From: Gemmatimonadota bacterium
GTDB taxonomy: Bacteria; Gemmatimonadota; Gemmatimonadetes; JACCXV01
DNA length: 64,000 bases
Direction: 5' to 3'
NCBI GenBank assembly: GCA_036556125.1
Contig: DATBJZ010000138.1
Location: forward strand, 124-64,123
Positions 54,173 through 63,649 of the stretch are shown piece by piece (position 1 is the stretch's first letter; each line of letters opens with the position of its first letter). The translations under genes and the position numbers were made by a program. The notes under the pieces are model-generated. The model saw nothing but the letters and a program-made list of their open reading frames with translations. It was not told the DNA's origin and searched no databases.

Positions 54173-55159
54173 GTGAAGGCGATCGTGGTGCCGAACCCCG
54201 GCGGACCCGAGCAGCTCGTGCTCGACGAGGTCCCGGATCCCCGACCGGGCGCGGACGACGTGCTCGTGCGCGTCAGGGCCGTCGGCGTGAACCGCGCCGA
54301 CGTCCTTCAGCGCCAGGGGCGCTACCCTCCGCCGCCGGGTGCGAGCCCGGTCCTCGGACTGGAGATCGCCGGGGTGGTGGAGGGCGCGGGCCCCGGCGCC
54401 GGACCGTGGTCGCGGGGAGACCGCGTGTTCGGACTGCTCGCGGGCGGCGGCTACGCCGAGCGCGCCGCGCTCCCCGGGACGCTCGCGATGAGGATTCCCG
54501 ACCCGCTCTCGTTCGAGGAGGCGGCGGCCGTCCCGGAGGTCTTCCTCACCGCCTGGCAGACGCTGTTCTGGATCGGCCGGTGCGCCGCCGGCGAGGCGGT
54601 CCTGATCCACGCGGGGGCGAGCGGCGTCGGGACCGCGGCGATCCAGCTGGCGCGCGAGGCGGGGGCGGACGTCCTGGTGACGGCCGGCTCCGCGGAGAAG
54701 CTCGAGAGGTGCCGCGAGCTGGGGGCGCGGGTCGCCGTGAACCGCAGGGAAGGGCCCTTCACGGTACGCGTGCTGGAAGAGACCGGCGGCCGGGGGGTGG
54801 ACGTCATCCTGGACGTCGTCGGCGCGCCGTACTGGGATGCCAACGTGACCTGCCTCGCCACGGACGGCCGTCTCGTGCTGATCGCGACGATGGGCGGATC
54901 CACGATCGACGGCGCGGACCTCCGCGCGCTGATGCGGAAGCGGCTCACCGTCGCCGCCACGACCCTGCGGGCGAGGAGTGTCGCCTACAAGGCGGAGCTC
55001 ACGCGCCAGGCCGCGGCGTTCGTGCTTCCGCGCCTCGCCGACGGCCGCGTCCGCGCGGTCGTGGACAGCGTCTTCCCGCTGGAGCAGGCGCCCGCGGCAC
55101 ACCGCCGGATGGAGGAGAACCGCAACGTCGGGAAGATCGTGTTGACGGTCGGAGGGTAG
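54173..55159 (+). CDS. NAD(P)H:quinone oxidoreductase (Qor, zeta-crystallin, MDR superfamily)
   Basis: GTG start. MKAIVVPNPGGPEQLVLDEVPDP, GVNRADVLQRQGRY, AGASGVGTAAIQLAR. Confidence 0.9.
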   Translation: MKAIVVPNPGGPEQLVLDEVPDPRPGADDVLVRVRAVGVNRADVLQRQGRYPPPPGASPVLGLEIAGVVEGAGPGAGPWSRGDRVFGLLAGGGYAERAALPGTLAMRIPDPLSFEEAAAVPEVFLTAWQTLFWIGRCAAGEAVLIHAGASGVGTAAIQLAREAGADVLVTAGSAEKLERCRELGARVAVNRREGPFTVRVLEETGGRGVDVILDVVGAPYWDANVTCLATDGRLVLIATMGGSTIDGADLRALMRKRLTVAATTLRARSVAYKAELTRQAAAFVLPRLADGRVRAVVDSVFPLEQAPAAHRRMEENRNVGKIVLTVGG

Positions 55160-55518
55160 CCGCGCACGACGAACGTCGCGCACCACGCCGTGACCGTCTC
55201 CGCAGATCCCCCTTCGGAGCCCGCGGACGGCCGGCGGGGGACATTCGCCGGCGGTCGTGAAAGATCTTCATGCCCGCGCCTCGTCCCCCGGGCAAATGCT
55301 CTTCCCCGTCGTCGGGGCGTGGTCGTCGCCACCTCGAAAGTTCAACATCCGCAACGACTTTCCGGGCTCGTGTACCGGTGGGGCCGGTCGTCACGCTCCT
55401 TGCTTCCAAGCCGGATGCTCACCCGTTCGGATCAGGGCCCGTCCGTCCCGGAGCCGCGGCACCCCGTCGCCACGGCAGGCGCGAACCGGCCCGCACCTCC
55501 ATTCAGGAGGCCGTTCCC

Positions 55519-56304
55519 ATGCGCTTCGACTACACGCCGATCTTCGCCGCGTCCGGCGCTTCGCTCTTCGCCGTCCTGAGCCTGCTCGTCCTCGCGGAGA
55601 CGGGATGCCAGACCGGGCGCGAGTCGCAACCGGCGGACACGCACGAGATCGCCGACGACACGGATCCCGCTTCCACCTCCGCCACCGGCGAGGAACGGGA
55701 CCTGACCTCGGACGTGGCCGGCTCCGAGCCGGGCGCGACCGAGACGCCCCCGATGCCGGATCCGGGTGTGCTCTCCGACGCCGAGATCACGGCGATCGTT
55801 CAGGCGATCAACTCGGGAGAGATCGAGCTCGGCGAGCTGGCCCGGCAGAAGGCGCAGAACCCGGACGTCAAGGAATTCGCCCGCCTGATGGTCCAGGACC
55901 ACCGGGCGATGTCGCAGGAGAACGTGGACATCGCCACGCAGCCGGGCGGTCCGGCGGGCGCGCCCGACGCCGACGCAGGCGGCGGGCAGGCCGGCGAGGC
56001 CTCGCCTCCGCCCGGTCAGGCGGAGGGGAGCGAGGTGATGGGGTATCTGACGACCGAGACGCAGGGGACGCTCCGACGCCTCGGGGGCCTGAGCGGGGCC
56101 GAGTTCGACCGCGCGTACGTCGACAGCCAGGTGCGGATGCACAGCCAGGCCCTGACGCTGGTCGAGCGGCACCTGCTGCCCGGCACCACCGCGGCGCCGC
56201 TCCAGAGCTCGCTGCGCAGCGCACAGTCCAAGATCGAGTCGCACCTGCAGAAGGCCGAGTCCCTCCGCGACGAGCTGACCGGCGAGACGCCTTCGGGGGC
56301 GTAG
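55519..56304 (+). CDS. DUF4142 domain lipoprotein
   Basis: ATG after ttcaggagg. Lipobox LSLLVLAETGC. DUF4142 region LSDAEITAIVQAINSGEIELGELARQKAQNPDVKEFARLMVQDHRAM...FDRAYVDSQVRMHSQAL. Confidence 0.75.
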   Translation: MRFDYTPIFAASGASLFAVLSLLVLAETGCQTGRESQPADTHEIADDTDPASTSATGEERDLTSDVAGSEPGATETPPMPDPGVLSDAEITAIVQAINSGEIELGELARQKAQNPDVKEFARLMVQDHRAMSQENVDIATQPGGPAGAPDADAGGGQAGEASPPPGQAEGSEVMGYLTTETQGTLRRLGGLSGAEFDRAYVDSQVRMHSQALTLVERHLLPGTTAAPLQSSLRSAQSKIESHLQKAESLRDELTGETPSGA

Positions 56305-56334
56305 CGCCGGCGGAATTCCCCACGGACTCGCGCG

Positions 56335-56362
56335 AACGGCCCCGGGTGACCGGGGCCGTTCG
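56335..56362. terminator. Strong convergent hairpin between DUF4142 and the DJ-1 gene
   Basis: gaacggccccgg-gtga-ccggggccgttc, 12-bp perfect stem. Confidence 0.45.
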
Positions 56363-56398
56363 CATCTTCGCCTGCCCCCGCCGCCGGGGCGGAGCCTC

Positions 56399-57085
56399 TC
56401 AGGACGATGGCGAGGCCGCCGCGGCGGATTCGAGCGCGTCGGCCACGGCGCGTGCCGCGCTGGCGCTGGATTGCGGATTCTGACCGGTCACGAGCAGCCC
56501 GTCGCGCTCGACGTGGTCGCTCCAGTTCGGCGCCGCGACGAACTCCGCGCCGCGCTCGCGCAGTGCCGTCTCGAGCAGGAACGGCACCTTGTCGGCCAGA
56601 CCGACCTCGCGTTCCTCGGCATCCGTGAAGCCGGTCAGCCGCCGGCCGCGGACGAGCGGCCGGCCCTGGCGGTCGCGGAGGTTGACGAGCGCCGCCGGCC
56701 CGTGGCAGACCGCCGCCACCACCCTCTCGCGGGCGAACGCCGCGACGAGAAGGTCCTGGAGGTCGGGATCGTCGGGGAAGTCGAACATCGTCCCGTGACC
56801 GCCCGGCAGGAACACCGCGTCGAAGTCGGCCGCCCGGAAGCAATCGAGCGTGCGCGTCTCGACCAGCGCCCCGCGCGCCTCCCGCCAGCGGTCGCCTTGC
56901 TCGGGCCGGGGGCGGCTCCGTGGATCCACCGGCGTCGCGCCGCCGCGCGGGCTCACCACCGTCACCAGGTAGCCGCGCGAGCGGAACTCCTCGTACGGGA
57001 GCGCGAATTCCTCGAGCCACAGCCCCGTCGGGTGCTCGTCGTCGATGCGATCGTGACTCGTGACCACCATCAGGATCCGCCGCAT
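56399..57085 (-). CDS. DJ-1/PfpI / class-I glutamine amidotransferase-like protein (Hsp31-like)
   Basis: MRRILMVVTSHDRI..., FDAVFLPGGHG, nucleophile elbow AAVCHGPAAL. Confidence 0.85.
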   Translation of the reverse strand: MRRILMVVTSHDRIDDEHPTGLWLEEFALPYEEFRSRGYLVTVVSPRGGATPVDPRSRPRPEQGDRWREARGALVETRTLDCFRAADFDAVFLPGGHGTMFDFPDDPDLQDLLVAAFARERVVAAVCHGPAALVNLRDRQGRPLVRGRRLTGFTDAEEREVGLADKVPFLLETALRERGAEFVAAPNWSDHVERDGLLVTGQNPQSSASAARAVADALESAAAASPSS

Positions 57086-57322
57086 CGTTCACCCCCGTGT
57101 TTCGTGGTCGTGGGCTGGTGGCCGGCCGCGAGGCGGGCGAGCCCGGCGCCGGCGCCGGCCGGTCCTGCTTCGAAGATGGTGAGCGCGCGCGCCGGTCGCC
57201 CCGGCCTCCTGTGGCGCCGGGTGGCCGGCCGCCGCCCTTGCCCCGCATACGAATCGGGTGTCTCGTCGGGGGTGTGCACGCGGCGGTCTCGGACCCGCCG
57301 CGCAGCCACCCCGGAGGCGACC

Positions 57323-58176
57323 GTGGATGTCCTCGTCGTGGGCGGCACCGGCAACGTCGGCCGCCCTCTCGTGCGCGGCCTGGCCGGTTCCGGCCACACG
57401 GCGCGGGTGCTCTCGCGCACCGCCGCCGCCGCCGATCTGCCGCGCGGGGCGCGCGCCTGCCCGGGGGACCTGGACCGGCCGGAGACGATCGTCCGGGCCC
57501 TCCGCGGCGCGGACGCCGTGTTCCTGATGCTGCCGATGTCGCCGAACGAGCTCACGCAGGGTCTCGCGACGGTGCGCGCGGCGCAGGACGCTGGCGTGCG
57601 GCGCCTCGTCTACCTGTCCGTCGCGAAGGGCCCGGAGGCGGATCAGATCCCGCATTTCGCGAGCAAGAGAGCGATCGAACGGGCGGTGCGGGACTCGGGG
57701 CTCGCGTGGACGATCCTCAGGCCGCACCACTTCTTCACGACCTCCTCTTCCGTGATCCGATCCTGCGCCACGGGCTGTACCCCGAGCCCATCGGAGGTCG
57801 CGGACTCTGGCGCGTGGACGTCCGGGACGTCGCGGAGGCGGGGCTCCGCGCGCTGGCCGCGGATGGCGTTCCCGGCGTTCTGCCGGTGTGCGGTCCCGAG
57901 CCCCTGACCGGTGAGGACGTCGCCGCCGCGTGGTCGCGCCATCTCGGCCGCACCGTGCGATACGCGGGGGACGACCTCGACGCGTGGGAGGCGCGGGTCC
58001 GGTCCGTGATGCCCGACTGGATCGTGCACGCCCTTCGTCTGATGTACGCGCACGTGCAGGCACGCGGCATCCCGCCCGAGCCCGGCGACGCCGAGGCGCT
58101 GGAGCGGGTGCTCGGGCATCCGCCGCGTCGCTACGAGGACTGGGTCCGCGAGTCGGCCGCGGCCCGGGCCGCCTGA
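57323..58176 (+). pseudogene. NmrA-family NAD(P)-binding protein with an apparent frameshift near 57731-57745
   Basis: N-terminal half in the frame of ORF 56471-57907 (GTG 57323 after ggagg: VDVLVVGGTGNVGRPLV...WTILRPHHFF). C-terminal half in the frame of ORF 57097-58176 (DLLFRDPILRHGLYPEPIGGRGLWRVDVRDVAEAGLRAL...). The two join only with a 1-nt indel in ttcttcacgacc. Confidence 0.65.
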
Positions 58177-59066
58177 CGACGGAGCTCCGGACGCCCACGT
58201 CCGTCGGCATTCTCGGCTGCGGCCGCTTCGGCGCCTTCCTCGCGAGCCGCCTCGCAGCGGACTTCGAGGTCGTGGTCGCCGACGAGGCCGACCGCGCCGC
58301 GGAGGCGCGCCGGGCCGGCGCGCGCTGGGCCGCGCTCGACGACGTGGCGCGCTGCCGGTGGGTCGTGGCGGCCGTGCCGATCGGCCGGCTGCGCGCCGCG
58401 CTCGCGGAGCTCGCCGCGCGAATGGGCCCGGGGCAGGTGCTGGTGGACGTCTGTTCGGTCAAGGAGCTGCCGGCCGGCTGGCTGCGGGAGGCGGCGCCGC
58501 CGGGGGTCTCGGTCGTCGCCACCCATCCGCTCTTCGGGCCCGATTCCGCGGCGAGATCCCTCGTGGGTCTTCCGCTCGTGATCTGCCCCGCGGTGCGGGC
58601 CGCCGCTTGCGCCCGGTCGTCCGGCGGATCCGGGGATGCCGTTCACGACGATGCAGCGGCCGCGGGGGATCACGACGCCGCACGGCGGCTGGCGGCGTAC
58701 GCCCGGTCCCGCGGGCTCCGGGTCCTCACGCTGGACGCGTCCGAGCACGATCGCGCGATGGCGCGCACACAGGCGCTCACGTTCTTCCTCTCGCGCGTCC
58801 TGTCGCGGCTCGACCTCCCGCAGCCGGAGGGACCCGTCGGGACGCGCTCGTACCGGAACCTCCGGGCCGCGCTGGAGAGCGTCGCGCGCGACACCGACGA
58901 GCTCTACCGCGACCTGGTCCGATTCAATCCGCACGCGCGCCGATTCCTCGAGGAGGTCGCGCGCGCGATGGGAGCGGAGGCGGATGCGCTGGGGCTCGGC
59001 GACGAGGCGCGCGTCGCGCGCGACGTCGTCCGGTCCGGCGCGCCACGGCAGCGCGCTGCATATTGA
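58173..59066 (+). CDS. Prephenate/arogenate dehydrogenase family protein (TyrA-like NAD-binding); start uncertain
   Basis: SVGILGCGRFGAFLASRL Rossmann motif right after the NmrA stop, with no canonical start nearby (in-frame CTG at 58173). Core VLVDVCSVKE...VATHPLFGP. Confidence 0.55.
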   Translation: MTTELRTPTSVGILGCGRFGAFLASRLAADFEVVVADEADRAAEARRAGARWAALDDVARCRWVVAAVPIGRLRAALAELAARMGPGQVLVDVCSVKELPAGWLREAAPPGVSVVATHPLFGPDSAARSLVGLPLVICPAVRAAACARSSGGSGDAVHDDAAAAGDHDAARRLAAYARSRGLRVLTLDASEHDRAMARTQALTFFLSRVLSRLDLPQPEGPVGTRSYRNLRAALESVARDTDELYRDLVRFNPHARRFLEEVARAMGAEADALGLGDEARVARDVVRSGAPRQRAAY

Positions 59067-59153
59067 GCGCGGCGCGGGCGGTCCTCGCCGGACGCGGGGG
59101 CACGTCGCGCGGGTCCGACACGTCCATTCACGACCGAATCGAGGGAGACCGTC

Positions 59154-59888
59154 ATGCCCGCCGCCATCCTCCTCGCGCTGTCCCTCGCGGGTGCGCCGCC
59201 GGACACGACCGCCGAGGACGTCATCGGTGCCATGCACGAACGCTACGCCGGCAGCTGGCCGAAGAACGTGACGTTCGTCCAGACCAGCTCCTGGATCGAG
59301 AGCGACAGCATCGTCCGCCAGGAGACCTGGTACGAGGCGATCGAGCCCGGCAAGCTGCGCATCGACATCGCCCCGCTCGAGAACGGCAACGCGATCCTCT
59401 TCCGGAACGACTCCGTGTACCGGTTCCAGAGCGACTCGCTGGTGGCGAGCGCCTACCAGCCGCACCCGCTGATGGTCCTCTCACGCGACGTGTACGAGCT
59501 GCCGCCCGAGCAGACGATGGCGAAGCTCGAGCGGCTCGGCTTCGACCTCACGAAGGTGCGCGAGGACGTGTGGCAGGGTCGGCCCGCGTGGGTCGTGGGA
59601 GCGGCCGCCGGCGACTCCACGTCCGCGCAGTTCTGGGTGGACCGCGAGCGGCTGCTGTTCACGCGCCTCATCCAGCCTTCTCGGCAGGATCCCTCCGTGA
59701 CCGAGGAGATCCAGTTCAACGAGTACGTCCCGCTGGGGAACGGCTGGATCGAGACGGAGGTCGTGTTCCTCGCGAACGGCCGGCGCGTCTTCCACGAGGC
59801 CTACGCCGAGCCCCGCGAGAACGTGACGTTCGACGACGCCCTGTTCGACCCGCAGCGGTTCGGGCGTCCAGGCTGGGTGAAGGAGTAG
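59154..59888 (+). CDS. Hypothetical secreted protein (LolA-like fold suspected)
   Basis: ATG after gagggagacc. Signal MPAAILLALSLAGAPP. 244 aa, no low complexity. Confidence 0.55.
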   Translation: MPAAILLALSLAGAPPDTTAEDVIGAMHERYAGSWPKNVTFVQTSSWIESDSIVRQETWYEAIEPGKLRIDIAPLENGNAILFRNDSVYRFQSDSLVASAYQPHPLMVLSRDVYELPPEQTMAKLERLGFDLTKVREDVWQGRPAWVVGAAAGDSTSAQFWVDRERLLFTRLIQPSRQDPSVTEEIQFNEYVPLGNGWIETEVVFLANGRRVFHEAYAEPRENVTFDDALFDPQRFGRPGWVKE

Positions 59889-59921
59889 GGCCGGGCTCTC
59901 ACTCCCTCGAAAGGAGGAGCG

Positions 59922-60341
59922 ATGGCACGCTACGGAAAGGGAGCGTCGAAGTCGGTCGGGAGCGCGATGCGCCGCCGGAAGCGCGGGACGCTGAAGAGCG
60001 GCAGCGGCAGGAAGGTGAAGAGCCGCAAGCAGGCGATCGCCATCGGGCTCTCGGAGGCGCGGAAGAAGGGCGCGAAGGTGCCGCGGAAGAAGGGCGGCTC
60101 GAAGCGCTCGGGGTCGAAGCGCTCGTCGTCCCGGAAGTCGTCCGGCGGCCGGCGCTCCTCGTCGTCCCGGAGGTCGTCGGGCACCCGGCGTTCCTCGTCG
60201 TCCCGGAGGTCGTCGGGCAGCCGGCGCTCCGCCTCGTCCCGCAAGTCGTCGGGCGGCCGGCGTTCCTCCGGCTCCCGTCGCGCGTCGAGCTCGCGGCGCT
60301 CGAGCTCGGGACGGAAGCGCTCCCCTTCGCGGAAGCGCTGA
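59922..60341 (+). CDS. DUF6496-family small basic protein with a Ser/Arg tandem-repeat tail
   Basis: ATG after aaaggaggagc. N-terminus MARYGKGASKSVGSAMRRRKRGTLKSGSGRKVKSRKQAIAIGLSEARKKGAKVP is the DUF6496 signature. Then (RRSSSSRRSSG)n. Confidence 0.7.
   Translation: MARYGKGASKSVGSAMRRRKRGTLKSGSGRKVKSRKQAIAIGLSEARKKGAKVPRKKGGSKRSGSKRSSSRKSSGGRRSSSSRRSSGTRRSSSSRRSSGSRRSASSRKSSGGRRSSGSRRASSSRRSSSGRKRSPSRKR
60115..60300 (+). repeat. About five tandem copies of a roughly 36-nt unit (cgctcctcgtcgtcccggaggtcgtcgggcacccgg) encoding the SR-rich tail
   Basis: Direct inspection of 60115-60300. Copies differ at a few positions. Confidence 0.7.
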
Positions 60342-60455
60342 CGCCGGACCGAGCGGCGGCGGGAGGAGGAACGATGCCTCCCGCCGCCCCGCTTCGCCTG
60401 TCGGTCGAGTCGCGCGGGCGCTATCGGATCGAGACGGGTTCGAGCACGGCCGACG

Positions 60456-62561
60456 CTACGAGAACAGGTCGGGCTGTGACGCGGCCGCACCGGCCGGTCG
60501 GCGGAACGCCGCCGTCGACAGCTCCGGACCGCGCGTCGACAGTCCGGCGCGCCGGCATCCCGCCGCGAACAGCGAGCCGATCGCCGCGGCGATCGGCCCC
60601 TCCCCGCGCTGACGGTAGCCGAACCGCGGGTCGTTGAGCCGGCCGCCGCGCATCTCCCGGATCCGCCCCAGCACCTTCGACTTCTTCTCCGGGTAGCGCT
60701 CGTCGAGCCACCGCTCGAAGAGCGGCGCCACGGCGTGCGGCAGCTTGATCGGCACGTACCCGGCGAAGCACGCGCCGGCGTCCGCGGCTGCCTGCAGGAT
60801 CGCCGGCAGCTCGTGGTCGGTGAGACCGGGGATGACCGGGGCGACGAGCACCCCCACCGGCACGCCGGCCCGGCTGAGCTTCTCGATCGCGGTCAGCCGT
60901 CGCGCCGGTGTGGACGTACGCGGCTCCATCGTGCGCGCGAGGTCGGGATCCAGCGTGGTCACCGAGACGTTCACGGCCGCCGCGTCGACCGCGGCGAGCT
61001 CGGCCAGGAGATCCGCGTCGCGCGTCACGAGGTGGTTCTTCGTGATGACACCCACCGGATTCCGAAACTCCACCAGAACCTCGAGGCAGCGGCGCGTGAT
61101 CCCCAGCCGGCGCTCGATCGGCTGGTAGCAGTCGGTGTTCCCGGAGAGAGCGATCACCTGCGGCTCCCAGCGCGGCGACGACAGCTCGCGCCGGAGCAGC
61201 TCGGGCGCGTTCTCCTTCACCAGGATCTTCGTCTCGAAGTCGAGGCCGGCGGACAAGCCGAGGTATTCGTGCGAGGGGCGGGCGAAGCAATTGTGGCTCA
61301 CGACCCCGTTCGCGATGAAGTCGCCGGTGCCGGTCGTGATGTCGTACAGCGTTCGCATCCCGATGGGCTCGATGCTGACCACGCCCAGAGGGGCCGAGCT
61401 CTCGAGAGCCTGCCCTGCGATGTCGCGCTTCCGGCGGATGGCGGGATCGACGAGGTGCATGAAGCGCAGGTGCTGGCGCAGTCCGCCGGTGAGGCGGGCG
61501 ATCAAGAGCGGTTTACGGGTGCCCGGTTGAACTTCCAGAACGGACGAGAAGCCGAATCGGTGGAGAGCCCATCGTGTCTCCTGAATGATGGTCGGCTCGG
61601 TGTTGAAGATCCTGAGAATGCCGCCCGAATAACCTCCCTCGGCATCGAAGATTCCTGCGAGGAATCCACGCGACCATTCTGCGGTCGCAGCTCGCGGCCA
61701 CTCGATGAGCCCTAGCACCCGCTCGAAGGCATCCGGGTTGTTGGCGGAGATCGCGCGGATCTCCTTGCGAGTTCCCGTTGCGTTCTGGAAGACGAATCTC
61801 CGCGTCTCGAGTCCGAAATCACGCAGGTACGCCGCCGTTCTGTCGAGTCCGTCATCGTCGATGAGCGCAACGCGGAAGTGGTGCCGGACTCCAGATCCCC
61901 GTTCGTACCGCCGGAGAAGCCCATCTCCACGGATCATTCCAGAGAGATAGCCGAGCCTGTAGTCAGCGGAGACCAGCTGGTGCCGAGGCAGCGCGCCGAC
62001 CCCGACAAGCTTGTTCTTGAGTGTGAGGCGGGGACGGCAGTTTCGGCCGCACCCCGCTCCCGTCACGAACTTCCAGCCTCGCTCCGTGAGAAACCGATGG
62101 TCTCCACTGGCGACCAACTCCGTGCCGTCCTCCAGCATGATTCGGTGCGCCAGCTTCCGCGTGTCCCAGTGCGCCAGGACTCGAGTGCGCACGTAGTAAC
62201 GACCGCGTTGCCGCCGGATCGTTCCATAAATCTCGTCCCCCGTTTTGAGATCGCCGATCGGACGAGCCTGACCGTCGGCCGTCAACACGCTGGTGTCGCC
62301 GAGATGGCAGTAGGCACATCCATGCTGGCATCCCCTGTACGGATTGATCCCCGCGTCGAACCCGACGTCCGGGCTGTCGTTGTGTGCGATGACGCTCTGC
62401 GTACGATCGCTGAAGTACTGCGTCCGGGGCGCCGGCAACTCGAGGTCGCCGGCCTCCTCCAGGTCGGCTAGATCCGGCTCGACGTGCAGTCGCTCGAACC
62501 GATTCGGCGGATTCCAGGAAGCGCCGCGGCCTCGCGGCGCCGGATTGCGGGGTGAGGACAC
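60456..62561 (-). CDS. PA0069/SplB-like radical SAM protein interrupted by a full-size intein (precursor 701 aa; mature about 361 aa)
   Basis: N-extein ...GINPYRGCQHGCAY. Intein CHLGDTSVLTADG...(LAGLIDADG blocks LGYLSGMIRGDG and FLAGIFDAEGG)...TGTGDFIANGVVSHN. C-extein CFARPSHEYLGLSAGLDFETKILVKENAPELL..., which is the PA0069-family signature. GTG start. Confidence 0.9.
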   Translation of the reverse strand: MSSPRNPAPRGRGASWNPPNRFERLHVEPDLADLEEAGDLELPAPRTQYFSDRTQSVIAHNDSPDVGFDAGINPYRGCQHGCAYCHLGDTSVLTADGQARPIGDLKTGDEIYGTIRRQRGRYYVRTRVLAHWDTRKLAHRIMLEDGTELVASGDHRFLTERGWKFVTGAGCGRNCRPRLTLKNKLVGVGALPRHQLVSADYRLGYLSGMIRGDGLLRRYERGSGVRHHFRVALIDDDGLDRTAAYLRDFGLETRRFVFQNATGTRKEIRAISANNPDAFERVLGLIEWPRAATAEWSRGFLAGIFDAEGGYSGGILRIFNTEPTIIQETRWALHRFGFSSVLEVQPGTRKPLLIARLTGGLRQHLRFMHLVDPAIRRKRDIAGQALESSAPLGVVSIEPIGMRTLYDITTGTGDFIANGVVSHNCFARPSHEYLGLSAGLDFETKILVKENAPELLRRELSSPRWEPQVIALSGNTDCYQPIERRLGITRRCLEVLVEFRNPVGVITKNHLVTRDADLLAELAAVDAAAVNVSVTTLDPDLARTMEPRTSTPARRLTAIEKLSRAGVPVGVLVAPVIPGLTDHELPAILQAAADAGACFAGYVPIKLPHAVAPLFERWLDERYPEKKSKVLGRIREMRGGRLNDPRFGYRQRGEGPIAAAIGSLFAAGCRRAGLSTRGPELSTAAFRRPAGAAASQPDLFS
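61290..62309 (-). mobile_element. Intein with LAGLIDADG homing-endonuclease domain (about 340 aa) inserted in the radical SAM CX3CX2C motif
   Basis: Starts with Cys (block A CHLGDTSVLTADG). Two LAGLIDADG motifs. Ends ...VVSHN followed by +1 Cys. Removing it restores the contiguous GCQHGCAYCFARPSHEYLG. Confidence 0.85.
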
Positions 62562-63033
62562 GTCGCACCTTCAGTCGTGCGGGCGAAGAGGCTCCACAGG
62601 GGGACACTGCAGGCCACCGAAAAAATACCGAAACCGGCCCGCCGTTGAAAGGGTGAGCTGGGCTTGACGAGGCGGGCTCGATTCCCCGCCCGCGGTCGCG
62701 ATGGGAGTCCGCGATGCGGAGATTCCGGCGGCATCGGACCGGTGCCGAGCTGCCGGGCACAACCCCTGGCGGGGGCCGCCTCGGCACGGACCGAAGGTCG
62801 CGCGGCCTCGCTCCGCGTGCGCCTCGCTCAGCCGGCCGCAAGCGGGGGCCCCCGGTCACCGGCTCTTCTCGCAGCGGGCCGGATCGCCGTTTGCACGGGT
62901 CGCGCACCGCAAGCGAGCCGTACGCCGGCCGCCGACGGTCACGTCCGCCACACGCCGCGGCATCTCGCGCTCGCGGCCGCGGACCTCTGCTCCGTACATT
63001 TCTCTCTCCACACACGCACACAGGGAGGTCGCC

Positions 63034-63543
63034 GTGTCCTACGTCGAGGTGCGCCGGGGAATCCTCTCCGAGGAGAACCGGACCAAGAGGGAGGAGCTCC
63101 TCGAGCTCCTCAAGAAGGCCTACTGGATGGAGATCGAGACCGTGATGAGCTACATCGCGAACTCGGTCAACCCGGACGGCGTGCGCGCCCAGGAGATCGT
63201 CGAGAGCCTCAGGGAGGACGTGACCGAGGAGCTGGGCCACGCGCAGCAGTTCGCGCAGCGGATCAAGGAGCTCTACGGCGTCGTCCCGGGATCGCTCGAG
63301 TTCACGGCCGAGCAGAGCTATCTGCAGCCGCCCGAGGTCCAGACCGACGTGATCCACGTGGTCCGCGGCGTGATCGAGGCCGAGCGCGGCGCGATCGAGC
63401 ACTACAACCGCGTCATCGAGTTCTGCGACGGGCTGGACCTCGTGACGCAGGACATGATGATCGACATCCTGCGCGACGAGGAGGGGCACCTCCGCCTGTT
63501 CGAGGGCTTCCTGCGCGAGTACGAAGCCGAGGGGCTCGCCTAG
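63034..63543 (+). CDS. Ferritin-like domain protein
   Basis: GTG after cagggagg. Helical ferritin-like pattern with paired E..H motifs (EELGHAQQFAQRIKE, ERGAIEHYNRV, EEGHLRLFEGFL). Confidence 0.75.
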   Translation: MSYVEVRRGILSEENRTKREELLELLKKAYWMEIETVMSYIANSVNPDGVRAQEIVESLREDVTEELGHAQQFAQRIKELYGVVPGSLEFTAEQSYLQPPEVQTDVIHVVRGVIEAERGAIEHYNRVIEFCDGLDLVTQDMMIDILRDEEGHLRLFEGFLREYEAEGLA

Positions 63544-63649
63544 CACGGCAGCCCGCTGGACGCCGCGCATCCGCCGCCCCCCCGCGGGGACGGCGGCGCC
63601 GGTGCCTCGGCTCCGCACGTCGCCGACGGTCGGCGTGACGCACGGTCCG

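Noticed and set aside
57089-58522. 477-aa minus-strand ORF
   Set aside because: Antisense to the NmrA-family and prephenate dehydrogenase genes.
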